From Auanema rhodensis (Eukaryota; Animalia; Nematoda), in the NCBI GenBank assembly GCA_964057225.1, contig CAXKVF010000079.1, positions 372,001 to 436,000 on the forward strand: a stretch of DNA of 64,000 bases, written 5' to 3'. Below are positions 1 through 13,240 of this stretch, one piece after another. Position 1 is the stretch's first letter. Each line of letters opens with the position of its first letter. Under the pieces are notes generated by a model. The model saw only the letters and a list, made by a program, of their open reading frames with translations. It was not told the DNA's origin and did no database searches. A program made the translations under genes and the position numbers.

Positions 1-176
1 TCCATATTAGTCTAAAAACAAATTTTTATTGATATTGGTCCATGGTAACCATGACTTTGAAATTTACGTGAATTTTAGTTTATGCTAATTAAATGTACAC
101 GTGGTGTGCACTTGGTATGTAACTCGCTTCACGTGAAAGATAAAGAGATGCGGTTTTCAAAATTAAATTCCCCATG
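1..176 (+). repeat. First complete monomer (arbitrary phase; used for the monomer coordinates below)
   Basis: One period from TCCATATTAG to ...ATTCCCCATG. It contains GGTAACC (BstEII), TGTACA (BsrGI), CACGTG x2 (PmlI) and GTGCAC (ApaLI), so a single-cutter digest should give a 176-bp ladder. Confidence 0.97.
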
Positions 177-3100
177 TCCATATTAGTCTAAAAACAAATT
201 TTTATTGATATTGGTTCATGGTAACCATGACTTTGAAATTTACGTGAACTTTAAGTTATGCTAATTAAATGTACACGTGATGTGCACTTGGTATGTAATT
301 CGCTTCACGTGAAAGATAAAGAGATGCGGTTTTCAAAATTAGATTCCCCATGTCCATATTAGTTTAAAAACAAATTTTTATTGATATTGGTGCATGGTAA
401 CCATGACTTTGAAATTTACGTGAACTTTAATTTATGCTAATTAAATGTACACGTGATGTGCACTTGGTATGTAACTCGCTTCAGGTGAAAGATAAAGAGA
501 TGCGGTTTTCAAAATTAGATTCCCCATATCCATATTAGTCTAAAAACAAATTTTTATTGATATTGGTTCATGGTAACCATGTCTTTGAAATTTACGTGAA
601 CTTTAATTTATGCTAATTAAATGTACACGTGATGTGCACTTGGTATGTAACTCGCTTCACGTGAAAGATAAAGAGATGCGGTTTTCAAAATTAGATTCCC
701 CATGTCCATATTAGTCTAAAAACAAATTTTTATTGATATTGGTGCATGGTAACCATGACTTTGAAATTTACGTGAACTTTAATTTATGCTAATTAAATGT
801 ACACGTGGTGTGCACTTGGTATGTAACTCGCTTCACGTGAAAGAGAAAGAGATGCGGTTTTCAAAATTAAATTCCCCATGTCCATATTAGTCTAAAAACA
901 AATTTTTATTGATATTGGTTCATGGTAACCATGACTTTGAAATTTACGTGAACTTTAATTTATGCTAATTAAATGTACACGTGGTGTGCACTTGGTATGT
1001 AACTCGCTTCACGTGAAAGATAAAGAGATGCGGTTTTCAAAATTAGATTCCCCATGTCCATATTAGTCTAAAAACAAATTTTTATTGATATTGGTTCATG
1101 GTAACCATGTCTTTGAAATTTACGTGAACTTTAATTTATGCTAATTAAATGTACACGTGATGTGCACTTGGTATGTAACTCGCTTCACGTGAAAGATAAA
1201 GAGATGCGGTTTTCAAAATTAGATTCCCCATGTCCATATTAGTCTAAAAACAAATTTTTATTGATATTGGTTCATGGTAACCATGTCTTTGAAATTTACG
1301 TGAACTTTAATTTATGCTAATTAAATGTACACGTGATGTGCACTTGGTATGTAACTCGCTTCACGTGAAAGATAAAGAGATGCGGTTTTCCAAATTAGAT
1401 TCCCCATGTCCATATTAGTCTAAAAACGAATTTTTATTGATATTGGTGCATGGTAACCATGACTTTGAAATTTACGTGAACTTTAATTTATGCTAATTAA
1501 ATGTACACGTGATGTGCACTTGGTATGTAATTCGCTTCACGTGAAAGATAAAGAGATGCGGTTTTCAAAATTAGATTCCCCATGTCCATATTAGTTTAAA
1601 AACAAATTTTTATTGATATTGGTGCATGGTAACCATGACTTTGAAATTTACGTGAACTTTAATTTATGCTAATTAAATGTACACGTGATGTGCACTTGGT
1701 ATGTAACTCGCTTCACGTGAAAGATAAAGAGATGCGGTTTTCAAAATTAGATTCCCCATGTCCATATTAGTCTAAAAACAAATTTTTATTGATATTGGTT
1801 CATGGTAACCATGTCTTTGAAATTTACGTGAACTTTAATTTATGCTAATTAAATGTACACGTGATGTGCACTTGGTATGTAACTCGCTTCACGTGAAAGA
1901 TAAAGAGATGCGGTTTTCAAAATTAGATTCCCCATGTCCATATTAGTCTAAAAACAAATTTTTATTGATATTGGTGCATGGTAACCATGACTTTGAAATT
2001 TACGTGAACTTTAATTTATGCTAATTAAATGTACACGTGGTGTGCACTTGGTATGTAACTCGCTTCACGTGAAAGATAAAGAGATGCGGTTTTCAAAATT
2101 AAATTCCCCATGTCCATATTAGTCTAAAAACAAATTTTTATTGATATTGGTTCATGGTAACCATGACTTTGAAATTTACGTGAACTTTAATTTATGCTAA
2201 TTAAATGTACACGTGATGTGCACTTGGTATGTAATTCGCTTCACGTGAAAGATAAAGAGATGCGGTTTTCAAAATTAGATTCCCCATGTCCATATTAGTT
2301 TAAAAACAAATTTTTATTGATATTGGTGCATGGTAACCATGACTTTGAAATTTACGTGAACTTTAATTTATGCTAATTAAATGTACACGTGATGTGCACT
2401 TGGTATGTAACTCGCTTCACGTGAAAGATAAAGAGATGCGGTTTTCAAAATTAGATTCCCCATGTCCATATTAGTCTAAAAACAAATTTTTATTGATATT
2501 GGTTCATGGTAACCATGTCTTTGAAATTTACGTGAACTTTAATTTATGCTAATTAAATGTACACGTGATGTGCACTTGGTATGTAACTCGCTTCACGTGA
2601 AAGATAAAGAGATGCGGTTTTCAAAATTAGATTCCCCATGTCCATATTAGTCTAAAAACAAATTTTTATTGATATTGGTGCATGGTAACCATGACTTTGA
2701 AATTTACGTGAACTTTAATTTATGCTAATTAAATGTACACGTGATGTGCACTTGGTATGTAACTCGCTTCACGTGAAAGATAAAGAGATGCGGTTTTCAA
2801 AATTAGATTCCCCATGTCCATATTAGTCTAAAAACAAATTTTTATTGATATTGGTTCATGGTAACCATGACTTTGAAATTTACGTGAACTTTAATTTATG
2901 CTAATTAAATGTACACGTGATGTGCACTTGGTATGTAACTCGCTTCACGTGAAAGATAAAGAGATGCGGTTTTCAAAATTAGATTCCCCATGTCCATATT
3001 AGTCTAAAAACGAATTTTTATTGATATTGGTGCATGGTAACCATGACTTTGAAATTTACGTGAATTTTAGTTTATGCTAATTAAATGTACACGTGGTGTG

Positions 3101-6100
3101 CACTTGGTATGTAACTCGCTTCACGTGAAAGATAAAGAGATGCGGTTTTCAAAATTAAATTCCCCATGTCCATATTAGTCTAAAAACAAATTTTTATTGA
3201 TATTGGTTCATGGTAACCATGACTTTGAAATTTACGTGAACTTTAATTTATGCTAATTAAATGTACACGTGATGTGCCCTTGGTATGTAACTCGCTTCAC
3301 GTGAAAGATAAAGAGATGCGGTTTTCAAAATTAGATTCCCCTTGTCCATATTAGTTTGAAAACAAATTTTTATTGATATTGGTGCATGGTAACCATGACT
3401 TTGAAATTTACGTGAACTTTAATTTATGCTAATTAAATGTACACGTGATGTGCACTTGGTATGTAACTCGCTTCACGTGAGAGATAAAGAGATGCGGTTT
3501 TCAAAATTTGATTCCCCATGTCCATATTAGTCTAAAAACAAATTTTTATTGATATTGGTTCATGGTAACCATGACTTTGAAATTTACGTGAACTTTAATT
3601 TATGCTAATTAAATGTACACGTGATGTGCACTTGGTATGTAACTCGCTTCACGTGAAAGATAAAGAGATGCGGTTTTCAAAATTAGATTCCCCATGTCCA
3701 TATTAGTCTAAAAACAAATTTTTATTGATATTGGTGCATGGTAACCATGACTTTGAAATTTACGTGAACTTTAATTTATGCTAATTAAATGTACACGTGG
3801 TGTGCACTTGGTATGTAACTCGCTTCACGTGAAAGATAAAGAGATGCGGTTTTCAAAATTAGATTCCCCATGTCCATATTAGTTTAAAAACAAATTTATA
3901 TTGATATTGGTGCATGGTAACCATGACTTTGAAATTTACGTGAACTTTAATTTATGCTAATTAAATGTACACGTGATGTGCACTTGGTATGTAACTCGCT
4001 TCACGTAAAAGATAAAGAGATGCGGTTTCCAAAATTAGATTCCCCATGTCCATATTAGTCTAAAAACAAATTTTTATTGATATTGGTTTATGGTAACCAT
4101 GACTTTGAAATTTACGTGAACTTTAGTTTATGCTAATTAAATGTACACGTGGTGTGCACTTGGTATGTAACTCGCTTCACGTGAAAGATAAAGAGATGCA
4201 GTTTTCAAAATTAGATTCCCCATGTCCATATTAGTCTAAAAACAAATTTTTATTGATATTGGTTCATGGTAACCATGACTTTGAAATTTACGTGAACTTT
4301 AATTTATGCTAATTAAATGTACACGTGATGTGCACTTGGTATGTAACTCGCTTCACGTGAAAGATAAAGAGATGCGGTTTCCAAAATTAGATTCCCCATG
4401 TCCATATTAGTCTAAAAACGAATTTTTATTGATATTGGTGCATGGTAACCATGACTTTGAAATTTACGTGAACTTTAGTTTATGCTAATTAAATGTACAC
4501 GTGGTGTGCACTTGGTATGTAACTCGCTTCACGTGAAAGATAAAGAGATGCAGTTTTCAAAATTAGATTCCCCATGTCCATATTAGTCTAAAAACAAATT
4601 TTTATTGATATTGGTTCATGGTAACCATGACTTTGAAATTTACGTGAACTTTAATTTATGCTAATTAAATGTACACGTGATGTGCCCTTGGTATGTAACT
4701 CGCTTCACGTGAAAGATAAAGAGATGCGGTTTTCAAAATTAGATTCCCCATGTCCATATTAGTCTAAAAACAAATTTTTATTGATATTGGTTCATGGTAA
4801 CCATGACTTTGAAATTTACGTGAACTTTAATTTATGCTAATTAAATGTACACGTGATGTGCACTTGGTATGTAACTCGCTTCACGTGAAAGATAAAGAGA
4901 TGCGGTTTCCAAAATTAGATTCCCCATGTCCATATTAGTCTAAAAACAAATTTTTATTGATATTGGTTCATGGTAACCATGACTTTGAAATTTACGTGAA
5001 CTTTAATTTATGCTAATTAAATGTACACGTGATGAACACTTGGTATGTAACTCGCTTCACGTGAAAGATAAAGAGATGCGGTTTTCAAAATTAGATTCCC
5101 CATGTCCATATTAGTTTAAAAACAAATTTTTATTGATATTGGTGCATGGTAACCATGACTTTGAAATTTACGTGAACTTTAATTTATGCTAATTAAATGT
5201 ACACGTGGTGTGCACTTGGTATGTAACTCGCTTCACGTGAAAGATAAAGAGATGCGGTTTTCAAAATTTGATTCCCCATGTCCATATTAGTCTAAAAACA
5301 AATTTTTATTGATATTGGTTCATGGTAACCATGACTTTGAAATTTACGTGAACTTTAATTTATGCTAATTAAATGTACACGTGATGTGCACTTGGTATGT
5401 AACTCGCTTCACGTGAAAGATAAAGAGATGCGGTTTTCAAAATTAGATTCCTCATGTCCATATTAGTCTAAAAACAAATTTTTATTGATATTGGTTCATG
5501 GTAACCATGTCTTTGAAATTTACGTGAACTTTAATTTATGCTAATTAAATGTACACGTGATGTGCACTTGGTATGTAACTCGCTTCACGTGAAAGATAAA
5601 GAGATGCGGTTTTCAAAATTAGATTCCCCATGTCCATATTAGTTTAAAAACAAATTTTTATTGATATTGGTGCATGGTAACCATGACTTTGAAATTTACG
5701 TGAACTTTAATTTATGCTTATTAAATGTACACGTGATGTGCACTTGGTATGTAACTCGCTTCACGTAAAAGATAAAGAGATGCGGTTTCCAAAATTAGAT
5801 TCCCCATGTATATATTAGTCTAAAAACATATTTTTATTGATATTGGTTCATGGTAACCATGTCTTTGAAATTTACGTGAACTTTAATTTATGCTAATTAA
5901 ATGTACACGTGATGTGCACTTGGTATGTAACTCGCTTCACGTGAAAGATAAAGAGATGCGGTTTTCAAAATTAGATTCCCCATGTCCATATTAGTTTAAA
6001 AACAAATTTTTATTGATATTGGTGCATGGTAACCATGACTTTGAAATTTACGTGAACTTTAATTCATGCTAATTAAATGTACACGTGATGTGCACTTGGT

Positions 6101-7699
6101 ATGTAACTCGCTTCACGTGAAAGATGAAGAGATGCGGTTTTCAAAATTAGATTCCCCATGTCCATATTAGTCTAAAAACAAATTTTTATTGATATTGGTG
6201 CATGGTAACCATGACTTTGAAATTTACGTGAACTTTAATTTATGCTAATTAAATGTACACGTGATGTGCACTTGGTATGTAACTCGCTTCACGTGAAAGA
6301 TAAAGAGATGCGGTTTCCAAAATTAGATTCCCCATGTATATATTAGTCTAAAAACAAATTTTTATTGATATTGGTTCATGGTAACCATGTCTTTGAAATT
6401 TACGTGAACTTTAATTTATGCTAATTAAATGTACACGTGATGTGCACTTGGTATGTAACTCGCTTCACGTGAAAGATAAAGAGATGCGGTTTTCAAAATT
6501 AGATTCCCCATGTCCATATTAGTTTAAAAACAAATTTTTATTGATATTGGTGCATGGTAACCATGACTTTGAAATTTACGTGAACTTTAATTCATGCTAA
6601 TTAAATGTACACGTGATGTGCACTTGGTATGTAACTCGCTTCACGTGAAAGATGAAGAGATGCGGTTTTCAAAATTAGATTCCCCATGTCCATATTAGTC
6701 TAAAAACAAATTTTTATTGATATTGGTGCATGGTAACCATGACTTTGAAATTTACGTGAACTTTAATTTATGCTAATTAAATGTACACGTGATGTGCACT
6801 TGGTATGTAACTCGCTTCACGTGAAAGATAAAGAGATGCGGTTTTCAAAATTAGATTCCCCATGTCCATATTAGTCTAAAAACAACTTTTTATTGATATT
6901 GGTTCATGGTAACCATGACATTGAAATTTACGTGAACTTTAATTTATGCTAATTAAATGTACACGTGATGTGCCCTTGGTATGTAACTCGCTTCACGTGA
7001 AAGATGAAGAGATGCGGTTTTCAAAATTAGATTCCCCATGTCCATATTAGTCTAAAAACAAATTTTTATTGATATTGGTTCATGGTAACCATGACTTTGA
7101 AATTTACGTGAACTTTAATTTATGCTAATTAAATGTACACGTGATGTGCACTTGGTATGTAATTCGCTTCACGTGAAAGATAAAGAGATGCGGTTTTCAA
7201 AATTAGATTCCTCATGTCCATATTAGTTTAAAAACAAATTTTTATTGATATTGGTGCATGGTAACCATGACTTTGAAATTTACGTGAACTTTAATTTATG
7301 CTAATTAAATGTACACGTGATGTGCACTTGGTATGTAACTCGCTTCACGTGAAAGATAAAGAGATGCGGTTTTCAAAATTAGATTCCCCATGCCCATATT
7401 AGTCTAAAAACAAAATTTTATTGATATTGGTTCATGGTAACCATGACTTTGAAATTTACGTGAACTTTAATTTATGCTAATTAAATGTACACGTGGTGTG
7501 CACTTGGTATGTAACTCGCTTCACGTGAAAGATAAAGAGATGCGGTTTTCAAAATTAGATTCCCCATGTCCATATTAGTCTAAAAACAAATTTTTATTGA
7601 TATTGGTTCATGGTAACCATGACTTTGAAATTTACGTGAACTTTAATTTATGCTAATTAAATGTACACGTGATGTGCACTTGGTATGTAACTCGCTTCA

Positions 7700-9757
7700 C
7701 GTGAAAGATAAAGAGATGCGGTTTTCAAAATTAGATTCCCCATGTCCATATTAGTCTAAAAACAAATTTTTATTGATATTGGTGCATGGTAACCATGACT
7801 TTGAAATTTACGTGAACTTTAATTTATGCTAATTAAATGTACACGTGATGTGCACTTGGTATGTAACTCGCTTCACGTGAAAGATAAAGAGATGCGGTTT
7901 TCAAAATTAGATTCCCCATGTCCATATTAGTCTAAAAACAAATTTTTATTGATATTGGTTCATGGTAACCATGACTTTGAAATTTACGTGAACTTTAATT
8001 TATGCTAATTAAATGTACACGTGATGTGCACTTGGTATGTAACTCGCTTCACGTGAAAGATAAAGAGATGCGGTTTTCAAAATTAGATTCCCCATGTCCA
8101 TATTAGTATAAAAACGAATTTTTATTGATATTGGTGCATGGTAACCATGACTTTGAAATTTACGTGAATTTTAGTTTATGCTAATTAAATGTACACGTGG
8201 TGTGCACTTGGTATGTAACTCGCTTCACGTGAAAGATAAAGAGATGCGGTTTTCAAAATTAAATTCCCCATGTCCATATTAGTCTAAAAACAAATTTTTA
8301 TTGATATTGGTTCATGGTAACCATGACTTTGAAATTTACGTGAACTTTAATTTATGCTAATTAAATGTACACGTGATGTGCCCTTGGTATGTAACTCGCT
8401 TCACGTGAAAGATAAAGAGATGCGGTTTTCAAAATTAGATTCCCCTTGTCCATATTAGTTTGAAAACAAATTTTTATTGATATTGGTGCATGGTAACCAT
8501 GACTTTGAAATTTACGTGAACTTTAATTTATGCTAATTAAATGTACACGTGATGTGCACTTGGTATGTAACTCGCTTCACGTAAAAGATAAAGAGATGCG
8601 GTTTCCAAAATTAGATTCCCCATGTCCATATTAGTCTAAAAACAAATTTTTATTGATATTGGTTTATGGTAACCATGACTTTGAAATTTACGTGAACTTT
8701 AATTTATGCTAATTAAATGTACACGTGATGTGCACTTGGTATGTAACTCGCTTCACGTGAAAGATAAAGAGATGCGGTTTTCAAAATTAGATTCCCCATG
8801 TCCATATTAGTCTAAAAACAAATTTTTATTGATATTGGTGCATGGTAACCATGACTTTGAAATTTACGTGAACTTTAATTTATGCTAATTAAATGTACAC
8901 GTGATGTGCACTTGGTATGTAACTCGCTTCACGTGAAAGATAAAGAGATGCGGTTTTCAAAATTAGATTCCCCATGTCCATATTAGTCTAAAAACAAATT
9001 TTTATTGATATTGGTTCATGGTAACCATGACTTTGAAATTTACGTGAACTTTAATTTATGCTAATTAAATGTACACGTGATGTGCACTTGGTATGTAACT
9101 CGCTTCACGTGAAAGATAAAGAGATGCGGTTTTCAAAATTAGATTCCCCATGTCCATATTAGTATAAAAACGAATTTTTATTGATATTGGTGCATGGTAA
9201 CCATGACTTTGAAATTTACGTGAATTTTAGTTTATGCTAATTAAATGTACACGTGGTGTGCACTTGGTATGTAACTCGCTTCACGTGAAAGATAAAGAGA
9301 TGCGGTTTTCAAAATTAAATTCCCCATGTCCATATTAGTCTAAAAACAAATTTTTATTGATATTGGTTCATGGTAACCATGACTTTGAAATTTACGTGAA
9401 CTTTAATTTATGCTAATTAAATGTACACGTGATGTGCCCTTGGTATGTAACTCGCTTCACGTGAAAGATAAAGAGATGCGGTTTTCAAAATTAGATTCCC
9501 CTTGTCCATATTAGTTTGAAAACAAATTTTTATTGATATTGGTGCATGGTAACCATGACTTTGAAATTTACGTGAACTTTAATTTATGCTAATTAAATGT
9601 ACACGTGATGTGCACTTGGTATGTAACTCGCTTCACGTAAAAGATAAAGAGATGCGGTTTCCAAAATTAGATTCCCCATGTCCATATTAGTCTAAAAACA
9701 AATTTTTATTGATATTGGTTTATGGTAACCATGACTTTGAAATTTACGTGAACTTTA
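7700..9757 (+). repeat. Local higher-order duplication, 6-mer (1056 bp) x2
   Basis: Rare variants recur at +1056: AGTATAAAAACG (8108/9164), GTGCCCT, CCCTTG+TTGAAA, GGTTTATGG (8665/9721). Boundaries are approximate. Confidence 0.85.
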
Positions 9758-12700
9758 GTTTATGCTAATTAAATGTACACGTGGTGTGCACTTGGTATGT
9801 AACTCGCTTCACGTGAAAGATAAAGAGATGCGGTTTTCAAAATTAGATTTCCCATGTCCATATTAGTCTAAAAACAAATTTTTATTGATATTGGTTAATG
9901 GTAACCATGACTTTGAAATTTACGTGAACTTTAATTTATGCTAATTAAATGTACACGTGATGTGCACTTGGTATGTAACTCGCTTCACGTGAAAGATAAA
10001 GAGATGCGGTTTTCAAAATTAGATTCCCCATGTCCATATTAGTCTAAAAACGAATTTTTATTGATATTGGTGCATGGTAACCATGACTTTGAAATTTACG
10101 TGAACTTTAGTTTATGCTAATTAAATGTACACGTGGTGTGCACTTGGTATGTAACTCGCTTCCCGTGAAAGATAAAGAGATGCGGTTTTCAAAATTAGAT
10201 TCCCCATGTCCATATTAGTCTAAAAACAAATTTTTATTGATATTGGTTCATGGTAACCATGACTTTGAAATTTACGTGAACTTTAATTTATGCTAATTAA
10301 ATGTACACGTGGTGTGCACTTGGTATGTAACTCGCTTCACGTGAAAGATAAAGAGATGCGGTTTTCAAAATTAGATTCCCCATGTCCATATTAGTCTAAA
10401 AACAAATTTTTATTGATATTGGTGCATGGTAACCATGACTTTGAAATTTACGTGAACTTTAATTTATGCTAATTAAATGTACACGTGATGTGCACTTGGT
10501 ATGTAACTCGCTTCACGTGAAAGATAAAGAGATGCGGTTTTCAAAATTAGATTCCCCATGTCCATATTAGTCTAAAAACAAATTTTCATTGATATTGGTT
10601 CATGGTAACCATGACTTTGAAATTTACGTGAACTTTAATTTATGCTAATTAAATGTACACGTGATGTGCACTTGGTATGTAACTCGCTTCACGTGAAAGA
10701 TAAAGAGATGCGGTTTTCAAAATTAGATTCCCCATGTCCATATTAGTCTAAAAACGAATTTTTATTGATATTGGTGCATGGTAACCATGACTTTGAAATT
10801 TACGTGAACTTTAGTTTATGCTAATTAAATGTACACGTGGTGTGCACTTGGTATGTAACTCGCTTCACGTGAAAGATAAAGAGATGCGGTTTTCAAAATT
10901 AGATTCCCCATGTCCATATTAGTCTAAAAACAAATTTTTATTGATATTGGTTCATGGTAACCATGACTTTGAAATTTACGTGAACTTTAGTTTATGCTAA
11001 TTAAATGTACACGTGGTGTGCACTTGGTATGTAACTCGCTTCACGTGAAAGATAAAGAGATGCGGTTTTCAAAATTAGATTCCCCATGTCCATATTAGTC
11101 TAAAAACAAATTTTTATTGATATTGGTGCATGGTAACCATGACTTTGAAATTTACGTGAACTTTAATTTATGCTAATTAAATGTACACGTGACGTGCACT
11201 TGGTATGTAACTCGCTTCACGTGAAAGATAAAGAGATGCGGTTTTCAAAATTAGATTCCTTATGTCCATATTAGTCCAAAAACAAATTTTTATTGATATT
11301 GGTTCATGGTAACCATGACTTTGAAATTTACGTGAACTTTAATTTATGCTAATTAAATGTACACGTGATGTGCACTTGGTATGTAACTCGCTTCACGTGA
11401 AAGATAAAGAGATGCGGTTTTCAAAATTAGATTCCCCATGTCCATATTAGTCTAAAAACAAATTTTTATTGATATTGGTGCATGGTAACCATGACTTTGA
11501 AATTTACGTGAACTTTAATTTATGCTAATTAAATGTACACGTGATGTGCACTTGGTATGTAACTCGCTTCACGTGAAAGATAAAGAGATGCGGTTTTCAA
11601 AATTAGATTCCCCATGTCCATATTAGTCTAAAAACAAATTTTCATTGATATTGGTTCATGGTAACCATGACTTTGAAATTTACGTGAACTTTAATTTATG
11701 CTAATTAAATGTACACGTGATGTGCACTTGGTATGTAACTCGCTTCACGTGAAAGATAAAGAGATGCGGTTTTCAAAATTAGATTCCCCATGTCCATATT
11801 AGTCTAAAAACGAATTTTTATTGATATTGGTGCATGGTAACCATGACTTTGAAATTTACGTGAACTTTAGTTTATGCTAATTAAATGTACACGTGGTGTG
11901 CACTTGGTATGTAACTCGCTTCACGTGAAAGATAAAGAGATGCGGTTTTCAAAATTAGATTCCCCATGTCCATATTAGTCTAAAAACAAATTTTTATTGA
12001 TATTGGTTCATGGTAACCATGACTTTGAAATTTACGTGAACTTTAGTTTATGCTAATTAAATGTACACGTGGTGTGCACTTGGTATGTAACTCGCTTCAC
12101 GTGAAAGATAAAGAGATGCGGTTTTCAAAATTAGATTCCCCATGTCGATATTAGTCTAAAAACAAATTTTTATTGATATTGGTGCATGGTAACCATGACT
12201 TTGAAATTTACGTGAACTTTAATTTATGCTAATTAAATGTACACGTGATGTGCACTTGGTATGTAACTCGCTTCACGTGAAAGATAAAGAGATGAGGTTT
12301 TCAAAATTAGATTCCCCATGTCCATATTAGTCTAAAAACAAATTTTTATTGATATTGGTGCATGGTAACCATGACTTTGAAATTTACGTGAACTTTAATT
12401 TATGCTAATTAAATGTACACGTGGTGTGCACTTGGTATGTAACTCGCTTCACGTGAAAGATAAAGAGATGCGGTTTTCAAAATTAGATTCCCCATGTCGA
12501 TATTAGTCTAAAAACAAATTTTTATTGATATTGGTGCATGGTAACCATGACTTTGAAATTTACGTGAACTTTAATTTATGCTAATTAAATGTACACGTGA
12601 TGTGCACTTGGTATGTAACTCGCTTCACGTGAAAGATAAAGAGATGAGGTTTTCAAAATTAGATTCCCCATGTCCATATTAGTCTAAAAACAAATTTTTA

Positions 12701-13240
12701 TTGATATTGGTGCATGGTAACCATGACTTTGAAATTTACGTGAACTTTAGTTTATGCTAATTAAATGTACACGTGGTGTGCACTTGGTATGTAACTCGCT
12801 TCACGTGAAAGATAAAGAGATGCGGTTTTCAAAATTAGATTCCCCATGTCCATATTAGTCTAAAAACAAATTTTTATTGATATTGGTTCATGGTAACCAT
12901 GTCTTTGAAATTTACGTGAAATTTAATTTATGCTAATTAAATGTACACGTGATGTGCACTTGGTATGTAACTCGCTTCACGTGAAAGATAAAGAGATGAG
13001 GTTTTCAAAATTAGATTCCCCATGTCCATATTAGTCTAAAAACAAATTTTTATTGATATTGGTGCATGGTAACCATGACTTTGAAATTTACGTGAACTTT
13101 AATTTATGCTAATTAAATGTACACGTGATGTGCACTTGGTATGTAACTCGATTCACGTGAAAGATAAAGAGATGCGGTTTACAAAATTAGATTCCCCATG
13201 TCCATATTAGTCTAATAACAAATTTTTATTGATATTGGTT

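Noticed and set aside
82-93. Octamer/homeodomain-like motif ATGCTAAT / TAATTA
   Set aside because: Short AT-rich motifs are expected by chance in 68% AT DNA, and there is no independent support for a regulatory role.
1-176. Assignment to known ~171-178-bp satellites (primate alpha satellite, Arabidopsis CEN178, Brassica CentBr, honey bee AluI repeat)
   Set aside because: Only the length is similar. The consensus has no AGCT/AAGCTT site, no CENP-B box (NTTCGNNNNANNCGGGN), and no similarity that I recognise.
98-176. Budding-yeast-type point centromere (CDEI-CDEII-CDEIII)
   Set aside because: A CDEI-like octamer is present, but there is no >90% AT CDEII and no convincing CDEIII (CCGAA core). 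Point centromeres are also not tandemly arrayed.
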